From an uncultured Oscillospiraceae bacterium (GTDB lineage: Bacteria; Bacillota; Clostridia; Christensenellales; QALW01): a stretch of DNA of 43,974 nt. The position numbers and the translations under genes were made by a program. Location of the stretch: positions 1-43,974 of the forward strand of contig CAZBLS010000004.1 in assembly GCA_964492705.1 (NCBI GenBank), written 5' to 3'. Of the stretch, positions 10,228 through 18,628 are shown piece by piece. Within the stretch, counting starts at the first letter, position 1; every line of letters begins with the position of its first letter. The notes beneath the pieces are model-generated. The model was not told the origin of the DNA, ran no database searches, and was given only the letters and a program-made list of their open reading frames with translations.

Positions 10228-11045
10228 TGCTCCCTGTCAAGTAGACAAACGAAATAACAAAAGAATATTTAGTTGAGTGAATTCCACCCTGTTGCACAGC
10301 AGGGTGGAATTTTTCACGCCACTGCAGAAGTGTGGTATTCCATCGGTGTCATACATTTATGTTTTAATTGGTATCGTTTTGTATTGTAAAAGTGAATATA
10401 GTTTTCAACTGATTTTGTTAATTCTTCTTGCGAAGTGAATTTTTTGAGATAATACATTTCAGATATGAGAATTCCCCAATAGTCCTCCATAGGTCCGTTG
10501 TCAGTACATATTCCTACTCTTGACATACTTTGTCGCATACCGACTTTAAACGCAATATTTGCATTAGTCGACGAATGCGTTTCTTGTTGTAACCTGTTTT
10601 GTGAACTCGGTTAATGGTTATTGTCATTTGTCGGTATCCGAGAATACCGTTCTGTTCTTCATACATTTCTTTTATCCGCTCAATGAGTTGTTCATTTGCT
10701 TTTTTGGTGTTGGCTCGGTTCTCTTTTCAGCAATTTGCAGTATGCAGAACGACAAATATGTAATTTGTCACATAGCTTATCTATGGGATATTTTTCGGTT
10801 TTGTTCAAATACTGTATAGATATATATGAATCCTCTTGCCGTACTCCGCTTACCAATCGCCTTCTCTCAGTTCCCTCAATTCTTTTAATAAGGCTATCCC
10901 CGTTTCCTGATCCTTTATCTTTGCCTGCAATATCTTGTTCTCTTGGCGTTCTTCTTCGGTTAGTTGGCTTTCTGGCTTCGCTTTGCCTCTACGATCAGTT
11001 AAACCGTTTACACCTTTTGCTTCATATTTCTTTGCTCAACTATAA
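10228..11045 (-). mobile_element. decayed IS3-family insertion sequence (OrfA C-terminus, broken OrfB, one terminal IR)
   Basis: The minus strand carries an OrfA-like 'KKYEAKGVNGLTDRRGKAKPESQLTEEE', an OrfB HTH region 'GILGYRQMTITINR...NKKRIRRLMQIL', and the integrase tail 'QSMSRVGICTDNGPMEDYWGIL..YIHFYNTKR' (10314-10538). It ends in TGTCTACTTGACAGGGAGCA (10228-10247), an IS3-like terminus ending in CA. Confidence 0.85.
10280..10314 (+). terminator. hairpin plus T-run inside the IS remnant, likely terminating rplJL
   Basis: Perfect 12-bp inverted repeat AATTCCACCCTG/CAGGGTGGAATT ending in a T-run on the + strand. Confidence 0.6.
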
Positions 11046-11621
11046 ATGTATCTTTTCGATCGTCATAAAGCAGTCAAATCCGTCTTTTGACAGAAATTCT
11101 GTTTTAAAATCTTTTGAGGGACGGTTGCGGATGTATTCCGATATATCCGCAATGTGCCCGGTTCCGATAAGTGCAACTCTGTCGCAGTCAAGACCGTGTC
11201 TGCTTATAAAAAGATTTCCCATTTTTCTTCTTTTATAATATCGGGAAAAGATGCACGCATAAGGAGGCAAGCCCCGTGACAGGATCATCGAGTATGAGAA
11301 GAGGACCGTTCACAAGAACGGTTTTCTGTTTTATGCCATTGTGAATATACTTTAAGACGGCATCGGGGATGAGTTGCGATTTACGGATAAGGTCGTTGGC
11401 GTATGGCACATCTTTAAAATTTGTGAAATCCGCTTGACACTTTAAAATTCCGTGCCCGTTTTCAGGTTGCGGAATGCAATTTTTCCGACACACAGTCTAT
11501 TTGACTGACTGTCATATTTGAATATTTCCTCGGAGAAAGTCCGTTTACGGTAACGTTTTTGCCGTCGGGTTTGATAAAAACGTTATGTGCCGTACGGCGG
11601 AGGTCTTATCGCTTATCTCTG

Positions 11622-11650
11622 TTGACATTTGAGACACGATATATTATAAT
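11622..11650 (+). promoter_or_regulatory. consensus sigma-A promoter with no adjacent convincing CDS
   Basis: TTGACA-17 nt-TATAAT. Confidence 0.6.
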
Positions 11651-12274
11651 ACAATAGTGCATTGCCGATGAGACCGGAAAATATGCACCTGTAAATATAT
11701 AAACACAGTGTACAAGGGTTTAGATGAAAGCACACAATTCAATAACTCTTCAAAAAAGACAGATAGGATTATAAAAACCGTATTTGTACAGAGAATACCG
11801 AAAAAAGGGGTTTTGTAAAAATAAGCGAACTGTGCCAAAAGGGCGGATATCGGTAGGGGAATTTTTTATATTCATTACGATGATATCTGTTCGGTTGCGG
11901 AAAACTGCGAAAACGAAACGGTCAAATTCTTTTTTGAGAGTATGCGCACGTACAGCCCGAAAGATATTATGGGATTTAATGATTCCGTATTTGAATTTAT
12001 AAAAGTCAACAATGAAAGTAGCAGGTTGCATTATCAAGTTGACGGTTTTATTTTTGACGGAAAACGGCTTACTTCCTTTGCAAACACGGCATCCGAATAA
12101 AAAACAGGATTGTTCGGAAACGGAGTTGTAGGAGATTTTTGACGGACTTCTTTGAGAATACGTTAAGTATTGCAGAGATTATTCGGATAGGTTGCCGACA
12201 GAACTTTACGGTTATACGAAATATTGGATAAAAACTTTATTTCGGCTTGGTGCGAATAAAAGGGCGCACGGGTA

Positions 12275-12303
12275 TTGAAAAACAGAAGATAAGGTGCTAC
12301 AAT
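12275..12303 (+). promoter_or_regulatory. promoter of the large secreted protein gene
   Basis: TTGAAA-17 nt-TACAAT with an extended TG, about 45 nt before the ATG. Confidence 0.6.
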
Positions 12304-12348
12304 AAAAGTGAGGACGGCTTTAAGCCGAGAAAAAAGGAGAAATATTTT

Positions 12349-15300
12349 ATGAAAAATCCCCTGAAAAAATTTTTGACCGTTACGCTGAGCGTTGCCACGG
12401 TGCTGTCGGCATTGCCTGCACTTTCACTGCAAGGTACAGCGGTAAACGAAACAAGTGCCGTTTACGCAAGCAACGTTTTGCCGGAAAAAGCATCGGTGTT
12501 TGATACGGCACAATCGGTCAATGATACGCTTTGGTCAAAAAAATACGGCAGTCCCGCAGTTACGCTTTCGGATGACGGAGCGCCGAATAAATGCTTGAAG
12601 TTTACCGTGCCGAGTAAATATTCTTCACCAGCGATAAATCTTGCGGACTATATTACCTATGAGGGAGTTTACAGAATCTCCTTTGACTATAAGGTGAAAA
12701 CTTCAAAGGACGTTGAACCTTTCAGGGTGCTTATAAGGAGCGATAAGGTTTACTCCTTTACAAAGCAGGTAGGCAATAATATTTACGGCGAGATAGGCAA
12801 TGCACAGTTGAGTGCAAACAACGTATGGTATACCTTTACTGCGTATCTTACCGTTACGGAAGATGATTTGAAAAATAAAGATCAGTGGAATCTTTGCGTG
12901 CACGAGGTGGATGCTTCGGTAAGCGAGATATTTATCGATAACGCAGTTGTTTCAAATACTTATTCCGAAAACCTTATACCCGAAGTTTCTTCAAAGTTCG
13001 ACACGGCAACTACACCTGAAAATGCAGGCTGGGGCAAGGTAGGAAGTCCGGTTAATTATATAGTTTCACGGGACGGCGGAAAATGTCTGTATTTTACGGG
13101 AACTTCGTATTATTCGCCTGCGCTTAATATTGCGCCCTATATTACGTCGGCAGGGAAGTATGAGATCTCCTTTGAATATAAGGTGAAAAACAGTGTGAAC
13201 GCAACGCCTTTTGCGGCGGTCATAAGGGGCGATAAAGCATATTCGTTTACGGGAACGGGCACATACAGAGGACTGAAAGGTGCGAAAATTTCGGAAGCGG
13301 ATACTTGGTATACTTATACGGATTCCTTTACCGTTACGGCGGAAGATATTGCAGGTAAAGGTACTTGGAATCTTTGTCTGCATACGATAAACGAAGGCAT
13401 TACTGGTATTTATCTTGATAACGTTACGGTAAAAAAATACGATGAAGAGAGCGTGCTTGACAAACCCGTTACCCGTGCCACCGCTTGGATGAAAAACGAG
13501 GCGGTATTTGTAAGCGATAAAGTTTACAGCGACCCCTATAATACCGTTACTCTTGACCTTATACTTACAAGCGGAACGGTTACCTATAAAATCCCCGCAT
13601 TTTGGGACGGAGGAAATATTTGGCGTGCAAGGTTCGTTTGCCCCACAGAGGGAACTTGGACATATACCACGGAGTGCTCCGATACGGCGAATACTTCACT
13701 TCACGGCAGGACAAGCACTGTTATCTGCTCTGCATATTCGGGTGACAGGGATATATACAAACACGGCTTTGTGAAAACACAGACGGATAAAAGATATTTT
13801 ACTTACAGTGACGGAACGCCGTTCTTTTATTTGGGCGATACCCATTGGGCATTTGCGGGTGAAACCGACGAAACCGTTGAAGCGGTTGTAAAACGCCGTG
13901 CCGAACAGGGATTTACCGTTATACAAAGTGAGCCTATCGGTGCGAAATTTAACGTAACAAACGGAATAACACAGGATGATATAGAGGGATTTAAGGATTT
14001 TGACGGCAAGTTCGATACGGTTGCCACCTACGGACTCGTTCACGCCAATGCGGAATTTTTCTATCCCTCGGATATGAGAACGTTTATAAAAAATCACGGA
14101 GGATGGTCAACGGCGCCTGTTGAAAACGGCAGTATGTGTGACCTCTCCGACAGTGCGAAAACCGCACTTGAACGCTTGACCCGTTATTGGGTGGCAAGGT
14201 ACAGCGCATATCCTGTTATGTGGACGCTCGGACAGGAAGTTGACAATGACTTCTATTGGGAAAGAGAGGATAAAAACGGACATTCCGAGTGGAATGACGT
14301 AAACAATCCCTATCTTTTCGTTGCGGAAAAGATAGGTATGTATGACCCGTACGCTCATCCGCTTACGGCACATCAGGAAAATACGGGTGCCACAAAAGCA
14401 AGTAATTCCGCATTCAGAGACTGTGAAGAACATACTTGGTACGGCGCACAGTGGTCATTGAATTATGCGCAAAAACAGGATTTCACCGCACCGAAAGACT
14501 ATTGGGATAACGGACAGAATAAGCCTACCGTGCTCTATGAGGGTAAGTACTGCTATCTGTGGACAAAGGATTTCGGCGCAAGGGTACAGGGGTGGATGGC
14601 ATATCTTAACGGTATGTACGGCGCATCTTGGGGCGGACAGGATACTTGGTGCATTAACAGCAATTATGACGAGAACACTGCAAGTAATGACGGTGTAGAT
14701 ACGGTAACGCCCGAAGATAAGCAAAATGCAACTTGGCAGGATGCGCTTTCGTACAAGAGTACATACCAACTTGGGTATATGCGTGAGTTCTTTGAAAAAT
14801 ATGTCGGTAATTGGCAAGACCTTGTGCCCCGATTTGACAGTACGGATTACTTTGCGCCCACCGACGGCAACGTGTTCTATATTTGCGCATCGGATGCTTC
14901 GGGGGAGAAAGCGGTAGTGTACTTCTACAATTCAAGCGACCCCTATTTGGCGGAAAAACCCAATTCCACTGCCGAAAACGCAGTAAAGACGGGCGTGCTC
15001 GGCGGTCTTAACGCAAACAGAGAATACAGTTATATTTGGTACGACCCCGTAAACGGACAAATCTGTTCAAGCGGAACGCTTACTTCCGACGGAAACGGCA
15101 AGGTTACCGTTCCGCAAAAGAATACGAGAGATGCGGTGTTCTATCTGTGCGGAAAAGATAACGGTTGCGCTCACGGCAACAAAAAGAAATTTACATCTTC
15201 TACGGCGACCTGCGAAAAATACGGGCACGGCACATATGAATTCTGCTTTGACTGCAACAGAGTCGTTTCGGGCTCCTGTGCGGTAACTTCACTTGCTTCG

Positions 15301-16926
15301 CACACGCAGGGAAGTCCGGCAACCTGTACGGAAAATCAGATATGCACCGTTTGTTCCACCGTGCTTACAAGAAGGCTGGGTCACAGTTATGAAGATACCG
15401 TAAGTCAGCCTACCTGCACCTCCAACGGAACGGTTACTCACAACTGCACTTCTTGCGGATACAGTTACAGTGAAACGGTTGATTCTTTGGGACACGCAAA
15501 CCTTGAATCGGCAAAGATACAGGTAAATAACAGTAATTATATCATAACAAAGGGAGACAGTGAACATACGCCGTTTGAACTGCTTTCGTTTAGCGGTAAC
15601 TCCTGTAAAGTGCAACTGTACGTGTTCAATAATACGGACAGGAAAATCACAAGCGTACATCTTGCCTGCAATTGGGGATATTATTCCTATAACGAGGGTA
15701 ATTATTCTACGAGAATTCCCGGAACGTATCTGCAAACGAATATTGCGCCAGATTCGGGACAGGTAATAGAACTTACTTTGCCGAGAGAATGTATAATTTC
15801 AAATAAGTCAGGCAGTGCCACCGACGGAGCAAACGACAGTTTGGGCAAAAATGTTTCGTACAGGGATATGGGACTTAGGTTTATGCTTGCCGGTGCAACC
15901 TCAGGCGATATATACGTTACGTGCGTAGGTGCGGACGACGGTTCTTATGTAACGGTTACGCAGGCGTTGGCTGAAACGTCGTACCACGGCGCAAGTACGG
16001 CATCCCTTATAAGCGGAAAAGAAAACCTTGATTCTTCGGTGAAAAACGAAATGGTTTCGGATCTGACGGATATGGGCTACTGTGACGGAGATAAGTGTGT
16101 AAGATGTAAAAATATAACGTCCACTCTCGGCGTTGATGTGGGCAGTTCTCTGGCTATGAAATGGACGGTCAATTTATCAAGCACTTTTGATGCGAATAAT
16201 GCCGAAATGAGAATATACGAAAACGGCTCGGAAAAGGCGGTTTTAAACGGCACGGGCACGGGAACTTCACGCACGTTTGTTTACGGTGAGATTGCTCCGC
16301 AGGATATGGATAAGGATATCACCGCCGAACTGTGGGTGAACGGCATTAAGACAATCAGCGAAACCGAAAGCATTAAAAGTTATTGCCGAAAAGCAATGGA
16401 CAAAGCCGACGGAGATTTAAAGACGTTTATGGCGGATATGCTTGTTTACGGGCAGGCTTTTGCGGATTATAAGAATCTTAAAAGAGAAATAGTTACCGAT
16501 AAAGATACGTGGATAAAGGAAAATGCAAGTGATTTTTCAAACGTTAAAAACGAACTGAAAGTGCAGAAAAAAGTGGATGCGTATACCGATGAAAACAACA
16601 GAATAACTTCTGCAGGACTGTATTTTTACGACGTCAATAAAATATATTTCCGTGCAAACGTTTCATCGGGAAATGTGCTTAAAATTAACGGGCAAACGGT
16701 TCAAAGCACAAACGGCAAGTATTATACCGACGGCATAAAAGCAACGGAATTCGGCAAAGTTTACACTGTGACGGTGGAAAGCGCAGACGGATTGAAAGTT
16801 TTCCACAGGGCAACTTACAGTATCAACGATTACGTTTCGGTTAAGTGTACAAGTGAAGAAAAAATAGGCAATCTTGCAAGAGCACTTGGGTGCTACGGAA
16901 TTTCGGCAAACAGAGTGAAAAAATGA
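12349..16926 (+). CDS. large secreted multi-domain glycoside-hydrolase-like protein (signal peptide, 2 CBM-like repeats, DUF5060 + DUF4038/GH140-related catalytic module, Cys/His stalk repeats, duplicated C-terminal module)
   Basis: Start reassigned to ATG 12349 (AAGGAG RBS; MKNPLKKFLTVTLSVATVLSALPA signal peptide), 1525 aa. Motifs AFWDGGNIWRARF, DGTPFFYLGDTHW, YWVARYSAYPVMWTLGQE and WYDPVNG. Confidence 0.8.
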   Translation: MKNPLKKFLTVTLSVATVLSALPALSLQGTAVNETSAVYASNVLPEKASVFDTAQSVNDTLWSKKYGSPAVTLSDDGAPNKCLKFTVPSKYSSPAINLADYITYEGVYRISFDYKVKTSKDVEPFRVLIRSDKVYSFTKQVGNNIYGEIGNAQLSANNVWYTFTAYLTVTEDDLKNKDQWNLCVHEVDASVSEIFIDNAVVSNTYSENLIPEVSSKFDTATTPENAGWGKVGSPVNYIVSRDGGKCLYFTGTSYYSPALNIAPYITSAGKYEISFEYKVKNSVNATPFAAVIRGDKAYSFTGTGTYRGLKGAKISEADTWYTYTDSFTVTAEDIAGKGTWNLCLHTINEGITGIYLDNVTVKKYDEESVLDKPVTRATAWMKNEAVFVSDKVYSDPYNTVTLDLILTSGTVTYKIPAFWDGGNIWRARFVCPTEGTWTYTTECSDTANTSLHGRTSTVICSAYSGDRDIYKHGFVKTQTDKRYFTYSDGTPFFYLGDTHWAFAGETDETVEAVVKRRAEQGFTVIQSEPIGAKFNVTNGITQDDIEGFKDFDGKFDTVATYGLVHANAEFFYPSDMRTFIKNHGGWSTAPVENGSMCDLSDSAKTALERLTRYWVARYSAYPVMWTLGQEVDNDFYWEREDKNGHSEWNDVNNPYLFVAEKIGMYDPYAHPLTAHQENTGATKASNSAFRDCEEHTWYGAQWSLNYAQKQDFTAPKDYWDNGQNKPTVLYEGKYCYLWTKDFGARVQGWMAYLNGMYGASWGGQDTWCINSNYDENTASNDGVDTVTPEDKQNATWQDALSYKSTYQLGYMREFFEKYVGNWQDLVPRFDSTDYFAPTDGNVFYICASDASGEKAVVYFYNSSDPYLAEKPNSTAENAVKTGVLGGLNANREYSYIWYDPVNGQICSSGTLTSDGNGKVTVPQKNTRDAVFYLCGKDNGCAHGNKKKFTSSTATCEKYGHGTYEFCFDCNRVVSGSCAVTSLASHTQGSPATCTENQICTVCSTVLTRRLGHSYEDTVSQPTCTSNGTVTHNCTSCGYSYSETVDSLGHANLESAKIQVNNSNYIITKGDSEHTPFELLSFSGNSCKVQLYVFNNTDRKITSVHLACNWGYYSYNEGNYSTRIPGTYLQTNIAPDSGQVIELTLPRECIISNKSGSATDGANDSLGKNVSYRDMGLRFMLAGATSGDIYVTCVGADDGSYVTVTQALAETSYHGASTASLISGKENLDSSVKNEMVSDLTDMGYCDGDKCVRCKNITSTLGVDVGSSLAMKWTVNLSSTFDANNAEMRIYENGSEKAVLNGTGTGTSRTFVYGEIAPQDMDKDITAELWVNGIKTISETESIKSYCRKAMDKADGDLKTFMADMLVYGQAFADYKNLKREIVTDKDTWIKENASDFSNVKNELKVQKKVDAYTDENNRITSAGLYFYDVNKIYFRANVSSGNVLKINGQTVQSTNGKYYTDGIKATEFGKVYTVTVESADGLKVFHRATYSINDYVSVKCTSEEKIGNLARALGCYGISANRVKK
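12472..13434 (+). repeat. two tandem ~160-aa CBM-like beta-sandwich repeats
   Basis: Both units (starting at 12472 and 12970) share N..PE..S.FDTA, KCL.FT, YSPA.N.A.YIT..G.Y.ISF.YKVK, IR.DK.YSFT, WYT.T...TVT..D, WNLC.H and I..DN..V. Confidence 0.85.
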
Positions 16927-16942
16927 TCGTAGGATATGATAT

Positions 16943-17068
16943 ATGGAAAAATATGAAGAACCGATAATAGACGTGATACGGATAAAAAGCGAACAGGTCT
17001 TGACCGAGTCCAACGGAGACCAAGAGACAGGTAAGGACGATGAGGACGGAGTGTTCGGCGGAGAATAG
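16943..17068 (+). CDS. small 41-aa peptide with YxxP...LTxS leader-like N-terminus and acidic tail
   Basis: Not in the ORF track. MEKYEEPIIDVIRIKSEQVLTESNGDQETGKDDEDGVFGGE; AGGA 8 nt upstream; lies between the large gene's stop and its terminator. Confidence 0.75.
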   Translation: MEKYEEPIIDVIRIKSEQVLTESNGDQETGKDDEDGVFGGE

Positions 17069-17101
17069 CATAACCGATTATCCGTAAAAACAAATAACTG
17101 C

Positions 17102-17150
17102 ACACCGAATTTTACTGTAAACGGGCAGTGAAATTCGGTGTTGTTTTTTT
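17102..17150 (+). terminator. intrinsic terminator after the large gene and peptide
   Basis: CACCGAATTTTACTG/CAGTGAAATTCGGTG stem followed by TTGTTTTTTT. Confidence 0.85.
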
Positions 17151-17232
17151 GCGGAAAAATTTTAAGGTACCGTGCACGGGACAGTGAATATTATATAATT
17201 AAGCCGTAAAAAGAAGCAAAGGAGAATTAAAA

Positions 17233-17394
17233 ATGTTTGCGGTTATAATAATTGTACTGTGGATGGGCGGAAATATGGTTGCCGATATATGTGAGGAGAA
17301 GAGCAGGGAGAAGAACAGAGAGAAGAGATCCCGTTGCGTGGAAGTAAGGAGAAAACGCAATTATACCAAGGCTAACGGACGAAAGAGCGCATAA
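17233..17394 (+). CDS. putative 53-aa small protein (hydrophobic N-terminus, basic tail)
   Basis: AAAGGAGA RBS and upstream TATAAT (17194-17199); MFAVIIIVLWMGGNMVADICEEKSREKNREKRSRCVEVRRKRNYTKANGRKSA. Confidence 0.5.
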   Translation: MFAVIIIVLWMGGNMVADICEEKSREKNREKRSRCVEVRRKRNYTKANGRKSA

Positions 17395-17453
17395 AACGGT
17401 TGCAAAATGAAATATCAGGTAGTATAATAAAAAAAGAAGAGAAATAAGAAAAA

Positions 17454-18315
17454 ATGGCAGGAAAAGGTTTGCGGAAGTACGCATCGGAACATAATTTAAC
17501 GTTATTAAAAGATAAGGCGTACGGATTTTACCGTAATTAACAGGTAACCGTAGGTGAAGCACGCTATAACGGCGAGAGATACTATACTGCGGTGTTTGCC
17601 GAAAAAGGTTCGGACCGTTTGCGAAATTTGATAAATGCACTGGAAAGAGTAAGGCAGATAAAGGGAGTGCAAAAAGTAATTCCTCAATACAGTGGCATTA
17701 CGGTTACTTATGGTGAGGGAGTATGCAGGTGCGATATTACTGGGGGACGAAATCATAAATGTACTGACCGAAATGAATATAAAAGGTGCAGGTTACTGCA
17801 CTGCTTGCGGTGAAAGACTTGAATGCGGAACGCAGGCGGAAGTTTTCGGTAACGTATACACAATGCACAAAAACTGCCTTGAAGAAATAGAAAAGGCAAA
17901 TGAAAACGAAAAGATGCAGGCAGAGAACAAGGGAAATGTATTTACAGGCGCAATCGGTGCGTTCTTGGGTGCTCTCGTAGGTATGCTTCCTTGGATGCTT
18001 GTTGACCTTATGGGATATTTTTCTGCGTGGCTCGGTATGTTGGCGGCAACCTATTCAAAATTCGGATACGGTTTATTTAAGGGGAAAAATACCGTTGCAA
18101 AAAGCGTTAGTGTTGAGGTTTCAACCGTAATTGCGGTAATTGTTGAAAATTTCTTTTTGAATTCATTGCTTATTTCAGATGATTTTTCTGCTCGCTTGCG
18201 AAATCTATGGAACTTAATTCTTACACTTGTGTTTGCCGTTATAGGCGTTATTGTCGTGGTGAGGAAAATCAATGACGAACTTCCGGGTAACAAAGGCAAT
18301 GTTAAAAGGCTGTAA
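17454..18315 (+). pseudogene. disrupted membrane protein with CxxC motif (nonsense codon plus frameshift)
   Basis: Promoter TTGCAA-17-TATAAT (17400-17428). ATG 17454 gives MAGKGLRKYASEHNL..., interrupted by an in-frame TAA at 17538-17540. The same frame continues through ORF 17592-17813, then shifts near 17720 into ORF 17692-18315 (CTACG plus TM helices). Confidence 0.65.
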
Positions 18316-18338
18316 AATTAAAATCAGGAGGCGGATGT

Positions 18339-18578
18339 ATGAAATTTTTAATTCGGGACGACGGTGAGACCGTTATGCTTAACGAAATGGGCAATATTGT
18401 ATTTGACACTGACGGAAATTTTTATACTAAACTCGGAAACGGCAGTGCAATGGACAGCAAAGGCAATTATTATCGGCGTATCGGTTCCAATATGGTTACG
18501 AATATGACCACGGGAGAGACCCATTTCTATATTTCGGGTTTGGACGATCCTTTTGATAAAAAAGACGGAAAATTTTAA
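18339..18578 (+). CDS. hypothetical protein with short D-x-x-G-N-x-Y repeats
   Basis: Strong AGGAGG RBS; 79 aa; DTDGNFYTKLG and DSKGNYYRRIG repeats. Confidence 0.7.
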   Translation: MKFLIRDDGETVMLNEMGNIVFDTDGNFYTKLGNGSAMDSKGNYYRRIGSNMVTNMTTGETHFYISGLDDPFDKKDGKF

Positions 18579-18628
18579 TTTTCGGCGTGGAATAATTGAT
18601 TAAGGTATTTAAAACAGGAGAATATTAG

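Noticed and set aside
10601-11238. Plus-strand ORFs 10601-10819 and 10696-11238
   Set aside because: They are antisense shadows of the decayed IS3 coding sequence, with no RBS or recognisable motifs.
11657-11690. Hammerhead-like CGATGAG...GAAA segment
   Set aside because: The core reads CCGAUGA rather than CUGAUGA, and convincing stems II and III and a cleavage triplet could not be built.
12247-12348. N-terminal extension of the large ORF as given in the track
   Set aside because: It overlaps the promoter and RBS, and the signal peptide starts at ATG 12349. Similar over-extensions were trimmed for rplL, birA, the lipoprotein, GH36, the flavoprotein and the 40043 gene.
16943-17068. Calling the small peptide a lasso peptide precursor
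   Set aside because: There is no cyclase, protease or RRE gene in the window, and the putative core has T/G/K rather than Asp/Glu at positions 7-9. It is kept only as leader-like.
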